This document shows positions 25,893-39,619 of a stretch of DNA of 64,000 bases, piece by piece; the first letter of the stretch is position 1, and each line of letters begins with the position of its first letter. Location: positions 930,001 to 994,000 of the forward strand of contig OX597816.1 of NCBI GenBank assembly GCA_951406725.2, given 5' to 3'. Source of the stretch: Octopus vulgaris (Eukaryota). The position numbers and the translations under genes are program-made. The notes under the pieces are model-generated. The model did not search any database. It worked only from the letters and a program-made list of their open reading frames with translations, and had not been told where the DNA came from.

Positions 25893-27875
25893 GTAAATAA
25901 GTTTTAAAAGTTAATGTTTATTACGTTTTGTTTATTAAGCTCTGTTGGCAACCAAAGATCTCTCTCACTCTGAGTGAAAGGAAGATTCTATGAGGCATGT
26001 GTAAGAACAACAATGCTACGTGGTAGTGCGACATGGGCCCTGAATACCAAAGGCAAGCGAAGGCTAGGGAGGAATGAAGCTGGGATGCTCTGCTGGGTGT
26101 GTAATGTCAATGTACATGTACGACAGAGTGTTAGGGTATTGAGAGAAAAGCTGGGCATGCAGTGTGCAAGAAAGGGGACTGTAAAGTGGATGGAGAAGAG
26201 GGAGACCTAGAAAGACATGGGATGAAGTATTGAAGGCTGATTTCAAAATGCTGAGCCTTACAAAAGAGATAATTAAGGACTGAGATTTTTGGTACCTTGT
26301 TGTACTCAAGAAGACCCATCCCCCTCAGCAGAATTAATACTGGTGCAGGCGTCATGTAATAAGTACTCAGTTCACTCTGTGGAGTGGTTGGCATTAGGAA
26401 GGTCATCCAGCTGTAGAAACCATGCCTGAAAAACAATGGAGCTTGGTGCTGCTCCAGCCCTTACCAGCACAGGTCAAACTGTCCAGCCCCTACCAGCATG
26501 ACAAGTAGACATTAAATGATGATGATGGTTCTAATGTCAGAAAATTAGTTGAAATGAGGGACTAATATTTGGTGTTTGTGTTTAGATTGGTCGTATGGGT
26601 AAGAAACTTGCTTCTTAACCATATGGTCCAAGTTCAATCCTATTGCACGGCACTCTAGGCAAGTGTTGTCTATTACAGCATGAACTGACCAAAGCCTTGT
26701 GAGTGGATATGGTAGGCAGAAACCCAAAGAAGCCTATTGTATACATGTGAATGTATGTTTGTGCGTCTGTGTTTGTCCCCCACAACCACTTAACTGGTGT
26801 TGGTGTGTTTATGTCCCTGTAAGTTAGCAGTTCAGCAAAAAAGGACCAATGAAATAAGTCCTGGGTTTGATTTGGCTAAAATCCTTCAAGGTTGTGCCCC
26901 AGCATGGGCACAGTCTAATGACAAACAAAGCAGATAAAAGGTGTGTGTGTATGTATGTGTGTGCATCTCTCCTTGTCTTGATGTCACACATTTGTAAATG
27001 AGTGTCACTGTCATATAAGCGGTGTCCTTTGTTTCCAATAATCCATGAAAAACATGTTTGACCATGGGGCATGGGAATATTGTCTTCCTTAGAAACAGGT
27101 GAGGGTTTGACAGGAAGGGCATCCAGTTTTAAAAAACTGTAAGGAATGGACGAGGACAGCTGTGTGTAGAAGTGCCGTGTTCTAACGGTGGAGGGTACCT
27201 GTGAAAGAGGTAGATCCAGGAAGGCATGGGACAAGGTGGTGAAGCATGATCTTCGACGGGTGGACCTCACAGAGGCAATGACAGGAGAACGGGACCTTTG
27301 GAGATATGCTGTGCTTGAGAAGACCCGTCAAGCCAAGTGAGATTGTAGTCATGGCCGATGCCAGTGTTGTGTCACTGGGACATAAAAGCACTCTTTGAAC
27401 ATTGGGCGATAGGCTGTGCTTGAGAAGACCTGTTAAGCCAAGTGAAATCATAGTTGTGGCCGATGCCAGTGGCACATAAGAAGCACCGTTCGAACTTTGG
27501 GTCTCACAGAGGCAGTGACAGGTGACTGAAACCTTTGGCAATAGGTCATGCTTGAGGAAAGCTCTCAAGCCAAGTGGGATCGTAGTCATGGCTGATGCCA
27601 GTCTCCCTTAACTGGCACATAAAAAGCACCCAGAGTGGTTGGCGTTAGGAAGAGCATCCAAATCAGACTGGAACCTGGTGCAGCTCCGCGGCTTGCCAGT
27701 TTTCGGTCAAATCATCCAACCCATACCAGCATAGAAAATGGACATTAAATGAGAAGGAGGAGGAATATTGCTGAAGTTAATTTTAGATGCTTTTTAACAT
27801 AGCTTAGAATGTGTTGGAATTTTTATTCGATTGCTTCACAATATAATAATTCTATAATGTATTTTTTTTATTCAG

Positions 27876-27944
27876 ACTCTGATATCTTTTGTCAACAAAC
27901 ATCTGATAAAGGTCAATCTAGAAGTTACCGATCTGGAAAAACAG
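27876..27944 (+). CDS. Parvin: Parvin exon, CH2 (TLISFVNKHLIKVNLEVTDLEKQ)
   Basis: ttcag| acceptor, |gtaaaa donor, 69 nt, phase 0-0. Matches TLI.FVNKHL.K.NLEVT.LE.Q. Confidence 0.95.
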
Positions 27945-28111
27945 GTAAAAATGAAATCTGCTCAAAAATGATCTAAATTAAAACCTGCCATCAAAATCCC
28001 TGTTAATTTATGTTCCCAACACCAACATAACAACAACAACAACAACAATTATTTCAATCACTTCTATATTTTCAAAATTAATTGAAATTAATTTCTTTCT
28101 CTTTTAAACAG

Positions 28112-28213
28112 TTTCATGATGGATTCTACCTTATTCTACTGATGGGACTCCTGGAAGGATATTTTGTATCTCTTGGTTCTATTCACCAAACTGCTACAAC
28201 CTTTGAGGAAAAG
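28112..28213 (+). CDS. Parvin: Parvin exon, CH2 (FHDGFYLILLMGLLEGYFVSLGSIHQTATTFEEK)
   Basis: aaacag| acceptor, |gtaaga donor, 102 nt, phase 0-0. Matches F.DG.YL.LLMGLLEGYFV.L. Confidence 0.95.
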
Positions 28214-31200
28214 GTAAGATATTCTGTATTTTTAAAAGACTCCTCCACCTCCCGTTTGAACCTGCATGACTGAACTTCCTCCTCTCTTTGACCCTCCTAT
28301 TTTACCCCTTTTCCTGAACCATTTTATCACTACTCTGTCTGGATTACCATTGGAGATTTATACTTCTTGGATTCATCTCTCATGGATCTTACCGTACACT
28401 ATTGTTTATTTAATACTAGTTATGTCTAATTGTCATGTCAGAAACGGTTTTGGTCAGGGAACTAAACCACCATCTGTTTCCAAGTGCCTACTAGTACTAC
28501 TACTACAGTATGGCTGGGAGTTCTTAACAAACCAATTTATATCATTTCTAAGATTTGTATCTATGTAAGAAACGGTTTAGCTGTGTGGTGAAGGAGTCCC
28601 CTTTCCAACAGCAAGGTTTTGGGTTCAGTCCCACTGCTTCACACCTTGGGGAAATATCTTCTGCTACAACCCTGGGCCAATCAAAGCTTGTGAATGGATG
28701 TAGTAGATGGAAACTGAAAGAAACCTGTCATGTGTGAACGTTTGTGTCTTCTTATCTTGCATGATAGTTGTAAATGAGTGTCACTGTCATACAAGCAGTG
28801 TCATTCATTTCCAGTATTCTGCAAAAACATGTCTGGCCATGGGGAAATATGACTTTGCTTGAAAACAGATAAGGATTGGTGACAGGAAAGGCATCCAGCT
28901 GTAGAAAGATATGCCTCAACGAATTCCGTTTCACTCAAGCAAGCTTCAGAAATGATGATGCTGATAAACTTTTTCTTGCATTTTGGTACTAATTTATTTA
29001 ATTAGTGATAAATGTCCAAACTCTGAAATCCAAAGATGATTTAATATTTCTAAAGATTAAATGCGTTTTAATTTCTTGGGTGTTATTTTAAAATTCAGAT
29101 TTGGTGCATGACTTTTTCCAAAAAATTATGTTCAACAAAGAAAAAAAAAATGGTGAAAATAAAAATGGTTACGTCAGATTTATTTCCCTTGCATCTTCCA
29201 CTGTTTAAAACGTTTACGGCTGGGTTTTGGATGGCGGGATGCATGATAATTGGGGTGAATATATCTTGTTTAAAAAATCATTAATTGCGATATCATATCC
29301 CTTTTCCCCTCCACTCTGGCCTCAGATGGATTGCTCTAATGATAATTATAATCCATCTCTCTCTTCCTCTCATATCTGGACACACACACACGCACATCAT
29401 TCAGTGCATTCTATCATCCACCACCTCACTCATTTCCCACCCCTGCACAATTGCTTCCATTCACTCCATGCATTGAAGGTACATCCTGATACCCAACCAC
29501 TGTTATTTTTATCTCTTCCCTGCTCCCGCTTCCAAATTATGACTAACCCCGTGGCCCCTTTACAAGAAGAAGAAACTTGTTCTTCCCAGACCCCTACTCT
29601 CCTCCTTTAATCCTCTTTGCATAAACCCACCTCTATCAGGGTCTTGCAAGCTGCTTGCTGACGCTAAGAAGAAAATCCAGCCATGGAAACCATGCCAGGG
29701 CAGACATTGGACACATTGGACCCTGTCAAACTGTCCAATCCATTCCAGCATGATCAAGGCTGTTTGATGATCACACACACACACACACACACACGCACGT
29801 GTACACATCACGATCATTGCTCAGTGTAGCAGCTAGTGACTACAATCCTTCTCTTCTTGTCAGAGGAGGGAGAGGCATGGCTGTGTGATGGAGGGGGAGC
29901 TTGATTCCCAACCACATGGCTCAGAGTTCAGTCCCACTGGTTGGTATCTTGGGCAAGTGCCTTCTACTACAACCTTGGGCTGTTCAAAGCCTTCTGGGTG
30001 GATTTGATGGACAAAAACTGCAAGAAGCCCACTATATATATATATATATATGAGAGAGATAATGTGTGTGTGTGTGCCTCTTTGTTTTGATGGTTGTAAA
30101 CAAGCATTACCATGAAATAAGCAATCCTGTTTGTTTCCAGTCTTCCATGAAAAACATGCCTGGCAAAATGAAAATATGACCTTGCTTGGAAACAGTTGAG
30201 GGTTGTCTGATCCATGGAAACCTGGCCTTTAAATGAACATGATGATAGCCATGAGTTGAAAGAAGTTATTTTTCAGTGCTTTGCTGACAAAAAATAAGAC
30301 CGGCAGAACAATCCTATTTTCTCTTACAATGGACAACGCAAATTCAATATACTGTTTCAGAGTTTAAACACTTGACCTCCGTATGAATTATCTCTCTCCC
30401 TCATTATTATTCACCACCCTGCCCATATCTCAACGTATGATTCAAGGGTTTTTATTGGTGTTTTTGTGTTTTAATCCCTTCCCAGGTCAGCTTTGATCAT
30501 AAGAAAACCTAAGTTCAATGATGTTCTATAAATGAACATACCGTTTATTTTTTATTGGTGTTTTTTTTTTCATATATAGTGTATCTAAGACTGCATTGCT
30601 CATTGCTTCTTTCCTATTTTTAAGACAGAGAGTATGGATTGAGGGAGTTTTGGCTGCTACTTCTAGTAGATGAAGTGATTGTGTAAGATGTTTGTTTCAT
30701 TGGCTCAATGCAAGAGAAACATAACACAGTGGGGATCATCTGGTTCGTCATTATCAGGAACCTCACACACACCACAAATGATAATAAAATTAGATACTTT
30801 CTCTGTTCAGCCTTTATCACTGATTTAACATACTTAGCTGGAAACCTATATTTTCCTATCCTTTATTCTTAATACTGTATGATAGATACTATTTCTTTAT
30901 CTTGTAAATGTGTGTGTGTGTGTGTGTGTAATACACACACACACACACATACACTTACATACACATGCACACGTATGTACGATAGGCTTCTCTCAGTTGT
31001 CTATTGTCACTTGTACGCTAAAGTTTCATTTTCTCAGTTTTCTACACAGAATCTGAATTTGTATTCCATTATTATTCCATTATCAGGAAATAAACTGCCA
31101 AACTGTTTCAGACATTAAATCAATGATTAACTTCTTCTTCTAGCTCTACTTATGGATAGAAAATAAGCACCAGATATCCTGGTCTGTAATTTACATCCAA

Positions 31201-31268
31201 TCTAGACTGAGAGAGAGAGCATTTGTCTAATGCTTCAGCCATTAAGGACTGGCCCCTGTCTCTATGAA

Positions 31269-31450
31269 AGGCAGTGAGTTGGCAGAGTCATTAACACGTT
31301 AGACAAAGTGCTTAGTAGCAATTTTTCTGATGCTTTATGTTCTGAGTTCAAATCCTGCTGAGGTCAACTTCGCCTTTCATCCCTTCAGGGTTGATGAAGT
31401 ACCAGTCAAATACTAGGGTTGCCCCCTTCCCTCAAAACTTGCTGGCCTTG
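31269..31450 (+). mobile_element. tRNA-derived SINE family B with conserved central core
   Basis: ggcagtgagttggcaga...gagttcaaatcc (B-box) then gaggtcaacttcgcctttcatcccttcagggttgat..agtaccag, resembling Meta/MESC-type SINE cores (from memory). Copies near 15200-15480 (-), 44700-44860, 62709-62810 and 63315-63505 (-). Confidence 0.65.
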
Positions 31451-34290
31451 AACTCTACAATGGATTGACATCTGTTCGGGGGCAACGTTGTCATCTCAGA
31501 CACCATGGAAACCAGGTATGAGTTTCTAGGGCCAAGAGAAGAAAAACCCTAAGAAACAAGCTCCTTTGTGTCCTTTGGAAGTTCCAATTATGTTGTTAGT
31601 AATTTTATTGCTTTACAAAGAGTAAATGCAATGTATCTGGTTATTTTATTGCTGTGCTAACAACATACATGGTAAGTAATAATCTGCCTCTCAGTATCAT
31701 TGTTATCTCTCCTGCCTCAGATGGAAGCAACTCATTAGGGCAGACTATGTCTGATTCTGTCTAATAGGTCTTTTAGTTTTTCACAGCCAATATGTAAGAC
31801 ACCGTCTCTTGTCAAGGTCAGACAGGTAGCAGCTGTCTGTCTGCCTTCTGTTCCTCCTATCATCAGCACCGTCGTCAGCATTATCTGATGCAACCAACTA
31901 ACCCCTTCCTTTAAAATTGGTGGCCTTCTGCCAAAATTTGCGACCTTATTTTTATGAACAGAAATATTATATTGAGGAACATTTTAATATGTAACTTGAA
32001 AAAGTATACAATTGTGTGCGCGCGTACGCGTGTGTGTGTGTGCATGTGTGTGCATGTATAATATCTATGCGTCTTCTCGGGTTTTAATCGTTTCTCTTCC
32101 AAATAACTTCAATCAAATGATAAAAGTTGGAGAATGAATTAACCAAACCATTTGATGTTGTTCTTTCTCAGATATCTTTGATTGAGGCTGTTTAGAATAT
32201 GTCTTCAAAAAAATATTCAGGTTTTATATAGATTATTATTATTTCTTTATTCTTCTTATTTTGTATGTTTTTCTTTCCACTGTTCTTGTTGTGCTTTAAA
32301 AAACTAACAACTGCAGCAGCAGCAGCAGTCTGTCTAATGGCGTTTTGGCAGTCAGGTTGCTTGCTGCTCAATCTTTGGCTCACTGCCAGCCTGTTGTTGG
32401 CTTTTTTACACTTCTACCACATTCAATATTTACCTAGATTCACAAGTAGACAAGTGTGATTTCTTAAAACATTTACTTGTCAGTTTTCAAGATTGTCACT
32501 ACACACACACACACACACACACATGCACACATAAACAAATATACATACAGATATACTCCACACACACACACACACGCACACATGGATATTGATACTGCTA
32601 AGAGTAGAGAACACATCTGCACAATATTTTTTTTAAAAGTCTTATTATAGATTCGGTGTTACCTCTTGATGGCTTAGATCTACCTACTTCTTGCTATGAC
32701 TCATTTCCACCCTTGAAACGTATCATTCATTTTATTTATATATAGCCACAAGTGTGATTGTGTGTGCAAGAAGTTCAGTTCCCAACCACATGGTTCTGAG
32801 TTCAGTCCCATCGTGTGGCACCTTTAGCCAGTGTCTTCTATGACAGCCTTGGGATGAACACAACCTTGTGAGTAGATTTGCTAGACGGAAACTGAAAGAA
32901 GCCCATCGTACATATGTGTGTGTGTCTTTGTCTTGACATCATGCAAGTAATATAAATGAGGGTCAAAAAAATATTACTTTTCTTGGAAACAAGAATGGTT
33001 TTGTGACTGGAAGAGCATTGGAAACTCTGCCTCAGTGACTTCTGTCTGATCCATGGAAAAGGAAGCCTGAAGATAATACACACACACACACACGGTCTTA
33101 CAGTTAAGTACAAAATCCATTGTTAATGTTATAAATAATGTTGAGCTCACTTTGGAATTACTGTTCTCACTTAGAAGTGGCAAAGACATCATCATCTTCA
33201 TCGTTTAGCGTCTGCTTTCCATGCTAGCATGGGTTGGACGGTTCAACTGGGGTCTGGGAAGCCAGGAGGGTGCACTAGGCCCAGTCTGATTTGGCAATGT
33301 TTCTACAGCTGGATGCCCTTCCTAACGCCAACCACTCCATGAGTGTAGTGGGTGCTTTTTACGTGCCACCAGCGCAGGTGCCAGATGAGGCTGGCAAACG
33401 GCCACAATCGTATGGTGCTTTTTACGTGCCATCAGCACGGAGGCTCGTCAGGGTGGCGCTGGCAACGGCCACGTTCGGATGGTTCTCTTACGTGCCACCA
33501 GCACTGGTATCACAGCTACAATTTGAAATTATTAATCTCACTTTAATTCATTTAAGACCAACCTACCTGAGACCGTTCTCACTTGTTGCAATAAATACAG
33601 GATTATTGCCTGTGTTCAGTCATTGCCAGGAACACTTCTTAAGGAACCTTGATCAAGTTCTAAGCCCACCAACATTAGAGAAATCACTTCATTCAAAACA
33701 GGTGCAAACCTAAGATGTGATGCTGCTTGGTTTAACATTATTACTTGGTTCTTGGTTACCTTTTACAGAATTCTCTCTGTTGTGGGCTTTTAGTTTTATA
33801 GACTTGTGGTACCCTCCTCCTCCCAGTCTGAATTTTACTTTTGCTTGCATTGAGTGGAGATGTCTGCCGGTCAGTCTTTGTCCCTGTTGACCTCTAAAGA
33901 TTAGGCATTGGCCACTGAAGTCTGAGAAAACTTACCCTTCTTCCTTTTGGATTGGCACATGTACACATGAAAAACAACACATTCAAGTGTGGTTGTGCCA
34001 CCGGACTGGCTCCTGTGCAGGTGGCACGTAAAAAAGACCATTTGAGCGTGGTTATTTCCAGTGCCGCCTGACTGGCTTCCGTGCTGGTGACGTGTAAAAA
34101 AGCACCCACTATACTCTTGCAGTGGTTGGCATTAGAAAGGGCATCCAGCTGTTGAAACTTTGCCAGATTGGAGCCTGGTGCAGCCTTCTGGCTCACCAGT
34201 CCTCAGTCAAACCGTCCAACCTCTACCAGCATGGGAAGCAGACATTAAACAACACGACAATATATATATATCTATCTATCTATCTATCTA

Positions 34291-34328
<38 letters not shown>

Positions 34329-34334
<6 letters not shown>

Positions 34335-35998
34335 CATTAAGAAGGTAACGTGTGATTTTCTTTTGCATCAAGTTTGACTGTCATTAATTCTAATGTTTTA
34401 TCCTGACAATTCTTTGTTTTACAACATTGAAGAGTTACATCATCACTTTTCGAAATGCCATTCATGGTGTCTGATTCTATTCTGAGTTTTCTCTTGTAAA
34501 TCAATTTTTGTGAATCCATGGATAGGTCAAAACTTTGTGTTGTTTATGAATATACGAAGGGCGTTCAATAAATAATGCCCCTGACCCACTTCCCATAGCA
34601 GTAGAGCAACGACACTTGGCACAGTTATTAGTCTTTTCCTACATAGGAACTACCCAGAGTTATGCATTTCTCCCATCGTTTGATACAGCTCTGGAGACCG
34701 TTTTTGTAGAAGACCCCAGCTTGGTCCTCCAACCACGACGTGACTTCAGAAATCAAGGCTGCATCATCTGGGAAACGCTTTCCTTTCAAAAACAACTTCA
34801 TGGCTGGGAAGAGGTGAAAATCAGAGGGTGCAAGGGGAGGAATTCATAGCCATACGCCTGTGCTTCTGATCTAGCGACACGCAAGTTGTGGACTGGAGCG
34901 TTGTCCTGCAGGAGGAGGATGCCTTTGCTGATCTTGACCCGCCTCTTGATTTTGATAGCTTCTCTTAATTTCCTCAAAAGTGAAGCATAATAGGCTCCTG
35001 TAATTGTGGTACCCTTAGCCAGGAAATCTGTCATCACTACTCCGTCCTGGTCCCAGAAGACTGTGAGCATAACCTTGTCAGCGGAGGGCTGCACCCTTGC
35101 CTTCTTTGGAGGAGGTGAGTCACGGTGCTTTCACTGCATTGACTGGGCTTTGGTCTATGGATCATAGTGATGGACCCAGGTTTTATCCTGTGTGATCAGT
35201 CTTTTGAAAAATTTTGACTCATCTTCTTGGCACATCTCCAAATTCATCCTCGAGCACTCAACACGTTCTTGCTTCTGGAAAGGTGTGAGCAACCTGGAAA
35301 TCCATCTTGCAGACATCTTTTGCATATGCAAATGGTCATGAATGATAGTTTCCACAGACCCGGTACTAATCTTGACCTTATGGGCTATTTGGCGAATAAT
35401 TATGCGTTGACCTTCCAAAATGGCAGCCTCAACTTAACGGACAGATGTCTCATCAACGGCAGAAGGGGGCGACCAGATCTGGGAGCTGTTTCCACAGAGT
35501 TCCGACTACGTTTGAATTCACAATGCCAGCGTTTTACAAGGTCATATGATGGGGCATCATCACCATAAGTTACTTTCATTTCATCAAAAGTCTCCTGTGG
35601 TGTGCGTCCTTTCAAATACAAAAACCAGATCACTGCTCGACACTCAACAGGCTCCATTTCACACTTGACTCAGTTCAAACACCTGTAAATCAGAAACCAC
35701 AATTAGTTCAGAGCTGTAATTCGCCACTTAATCTATAGAGGTATAAATAAGTGCACATGCAAAATTTCAGCTAGATCAAACAACTGCAAGTGGGTCAGGG
35801 GCATTACTTATTGAACGCCCCTCGTAAGTTCCGTGATGGAACCAATGCATCCCAGACAGCTCAAAGCATGAATGAGGTGTTTGGTGAAGATGTGGCAAAT
35901 GAGCGCCCTCTACATTGATGGTTTGAGAAGTTTTGTTTAGATAAAGTCAAATATACTTGAAGTTCAAAATTGGACATTTCATCCTGAATGACCTGATA
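34329..35998 (+). mobile_element. Older internally deleted mariner element, split by a nested mariner
   Basis: ATG at 34518 gives MDRSKLCVVYEY, which continues after the insert as KFRDGTNASQTAQSMNEVFGEDVANERPLH*WFEKF (mariner N-terminal HTH). Imperfect TIRs tatagggtcattaagaag and catcctgaatgacctgata. Confidence 0.7.
34555..35824 (-). mobile_element. Near full-length mariner transposon (about 1.27 kb), transposase disrupted
   Basis: TA|CGAAGGGCGTTCAATAAATAATGCCCCTGACCCACTT ... AAGTGGGTCAGGGGCATTACTTATTGAACGCCCCTCG|TA. Fragments from 35657 include MEPVECRAVIWFL, RSGRP, WISRLL, DKTWVHHYDP, QDNAPVH and LAPSDFHLF, with HPPYSPD deleted. Confidence 0.95.
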
Positions 35999-36668
35999 TA
36001 TTATGAGTGTGTTGTTACCCAAAAGTATATCATCTTTCCCACCCCCTGTCTGTCTGTCTCTCTCTCTCTCTCTCCCCTCCCCTCCACCTCTCCTACTTGT
36101 CTATCATACCATCATTACTATTTTGCTGCTCTGCATTGTCAGACATCCCCCTATCCCTACTCTTATCAATTCCTGGTTCCACCCATTTCTGCCCCCTTTA
36201 TACCTTGAACTCCATCCAGACACCTCATCACCATTATTTTATCGCTTCCCAATCCCGCCCAATCACTTTCAATGTAAATAGTCTTGCCCCCTTCTCTCTG
36301 CAGCAACAAACCCGTTCTGCCCCCTCTCCCACCACTCAAGCTACATGGCTACTTTATTAGTACTTTGCTAGTACCTCATTAGTACTGGTGCTACAAAACA
36401 CAAAAAGCTACCCAGTCCATGCTGTGAATTGATTAGCATTAGGAGGGTCGTCCAATTGTAGAAACCCTACCAAAGCAGGACATTGCAGAACAAATGTAGT
36501 GGTTGGACCCATCAAATCCTATTAAACTTTCCAATCCCTGCCAACATGGAAGATGGACATAAAACAAGGAGGATGAAACATTTTTAATGGCAAATTAGTT
36601 CCTTATCATTTTAATGTTTCCATGGGTTGTCACAGTTTGACTCTGCTCCAATTCAAAGTCTCTCTCTT

Positions 36669-36716
<48 letters not shown>

Positions 36717-37326
36717 CTCTCAGATCATTTAAGTTTGCAATGCACTCTTGTTCTTTCATAAATTTCCATTTAAAAATCTTCCCAAGTTTATTTCGCTTTT
36801 CATCCCTGATGTTCTTCAATAAACTTTCATCAGTTCTGCATTAATAATGAATCGAATACTGAGAGTCCAGAGTTTACAACAGGTGTCGTTTGACTAACAA
36901 CACCTGTTGGAAAGTAGTGTAAGAGTAGAGTGTAACAGCTGACCTTCTCGGGGGGGGGGGGGCACACACTGACTCCATTCCCTCTAATTAATCATTGCTT
37001 TCTTTACTTTGACATTAAGTGGATATAGCATGTTTTAAAAATAACACTGGAGTGTTTGGTTTGATAATCATGGCCCGTGTATAATTGAGCCCCCCCCCCC
37101 CACCTCCCTGTTTGTTATCAAACATATTATGCAATACTACAATCACACTACAGATGGGTTTATGGGTTAGCATGGGGGGGGGGGCGGGGCTGGAAGTGCC
37201 TGTGGAAATGAAGAACACTTCAAACTTAATTTAGTAATATTTGAGTGGTTTCTTATTGCATTGTCAAAACCCATGGATGATATTGAGAGAAATCACATCT
37301 GCAAACTAATGAAGCATTCACAGACT

Positions 37327-38704
37327 AATTATACTGTACCTACACTCATCTATTTTAATTATACAGTACCTACACTCATCTATTAATTATACAGTACCTA
37401 CACTCATCTATTTTAATTATACAGTACCTACACTCATCTATTAATTATACTGTACCTACACTCATCTATTAATTATACAGTACCTACACTCATCTATTAA
37501 TTATACTGTACCTACACTCATCTATTAATTATACAGTACCTACACTCATCTATTAATTATACAGTACCTACACTCATCTATTTTAATTATACAGTACCTA
37601 CACTAATCTATTAATTATACAGTACCTACACTCATCTATTTTAATTATACAGTACCTACACTCATCTATTAATTATACTGTACCTACACTCATCTATTAA
37701 CTATACTGTACCTACACTCATCTATTAATTATACAGTACCTACACTCATCTATTAATTATACTGTACCTACACTCATCTATTAATTATACAGCACCTACA
37801 CTCATCTATTAATTATACAGCACCTACACTCATCTATTAATTATACAGCACCTACACTCATCTATTAATTATACAGCACCTACACTCATCTATTAATTAT
37901 ACAGTACCTACACTCATCTATTAATTATACAGTACCTACACTCATCTATTAATTATACAGTACCTACACTCATCTATTTTAATTATACAGTACCTACACT
38001 AATCTATTAATTATACAGTACCTACACTCATCTATTTTAATTATACAGTACCTACACTAATCTATTAATTATACAGTACCTACACTCATCTATTAATTAT
38101 ACAGTACCTACACTCATCTATTAATTATACAGTACCTACACTCATCTATTTTAATTATACAGTACCTACACTAATCTATTAATTATACAGTACCTACACT
38201 CATCTATTTTAATTATACAGTACCTACACTAATCTATTAATTATACAGTACCTACACTCATCTATTAATTATACAGTACCTACACTCATCTATTAATTAT
38301 ACAGTACCTACACTCATCTATTTTAATTATACAGTACCTACACTAATCTATTAATTATACAGTACCTACACTCATCTATTTTAATTATACAGTACCTACA
38401 CTAATCTATTAATTATACAGTACCTACACTCATCATCTATTTTAATTATACAGTACCTACACTCATCTATTAATTATACAGTACCTACACTCATCTATTT
38501 TAATTATACAGTACCTACACTAATCTATTAATTATACAGTACCTACACTCATCTATTTTAATTATACAGTACCTACACTAATCTATTAATTATACAGTAC
38601 CTACACTCATCTATTTTAATTATACAGTACCTACACTCATCTATTAATTATACAGTACCTACACTCATCTATTTTAATTATACAGTACCTACACTCATCT
38701 ATTT
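37327..38704. repeat. Minisatellite, 28/30-bp unit AATTATACAGTACCTACACTCATCTATT(TT), about 48 copies
   Basis: Head-to-tail near-identical units with no spacers. Confidence 0.97.
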
Positions 38705-39585
38705 ACTGCACTCTTTCTCGTGATGCAAGGACAATGACCAGCCTCTTGTAAAGATGGTGGTACAGTAACATTTGGTATATGAATCATTTTATTTACTTTT
38801 CCAGCTTTAATTTCTTTCAAGTGGAAACTTCAGTCATCATTATTCAGTGTCCATTACTGGCATGGGTTGGACAGTTTGATAGAATTTATTGGGCCCAAAG
38901 ACCGCATTGTACTCTATTGTACTCTCGTGGACATTGTCTCTACAGCTACATGCCTTTTCTAATGGCAAAGATTTTACTGTGTGGACTGGATGCTCTTTGC
39001 AAAACAAGAGAGAACAGGAAAAGTTAGAGGAAAAAAAGAAGACTCTTCTAAGTGTGTGTGTGTGTGTGTGTGTGTGTTTATATTCAGGTGTTGAGATGCT
39101 AAAGCATCGTAGAGGAACTTGCTTCAGTGGAAATACATGGCCACCCTGCATAAGGATGGGTGGAAGTAGCTGGAAAGAATATAGAAATGATGAAATGCCA
39201 GAGCATCTCAGTATGGATGCCATCAGTTTCTGGAAACAAGTTCTTTTGTGCAATTTCTTCAGAATAGAATGAAGAATTTTCTAGACCAGTTTGTTTTGTT
39301 CAGCTCTGCTGTTGGAATCCCCGATAGCTGTAATGTCAGCCTCAATAACACTAATCTTTTGATCAGAGACAATTCACTCTGACTGTCCCACCATTCTTTT
39401 TTTTTTTTTGTTACTTCAAACATGGCTTATCTTGGATTGTGTAATTTGATGTATTTTTTTAAAAAAATTAGTAGGGTGTGATTTGAAGGACATTTAGCTG
39501 CTGTTTCTTGCCGTTTGAGTAATCAGTTTCCTTCCTTGATTCAGATATGAATCGGTTATTCAATAGGCACCTCTTTTTATCATTG

Positions 39586-39619
<34 letters not shown>

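Noticed and set aside
37327-38704. CRISPR-like array of 28-30 bp repeats
   Set aside because: Units are directly adjacent with no unique spacers, there are no cas genes, and the context is a eukaryotic intron.
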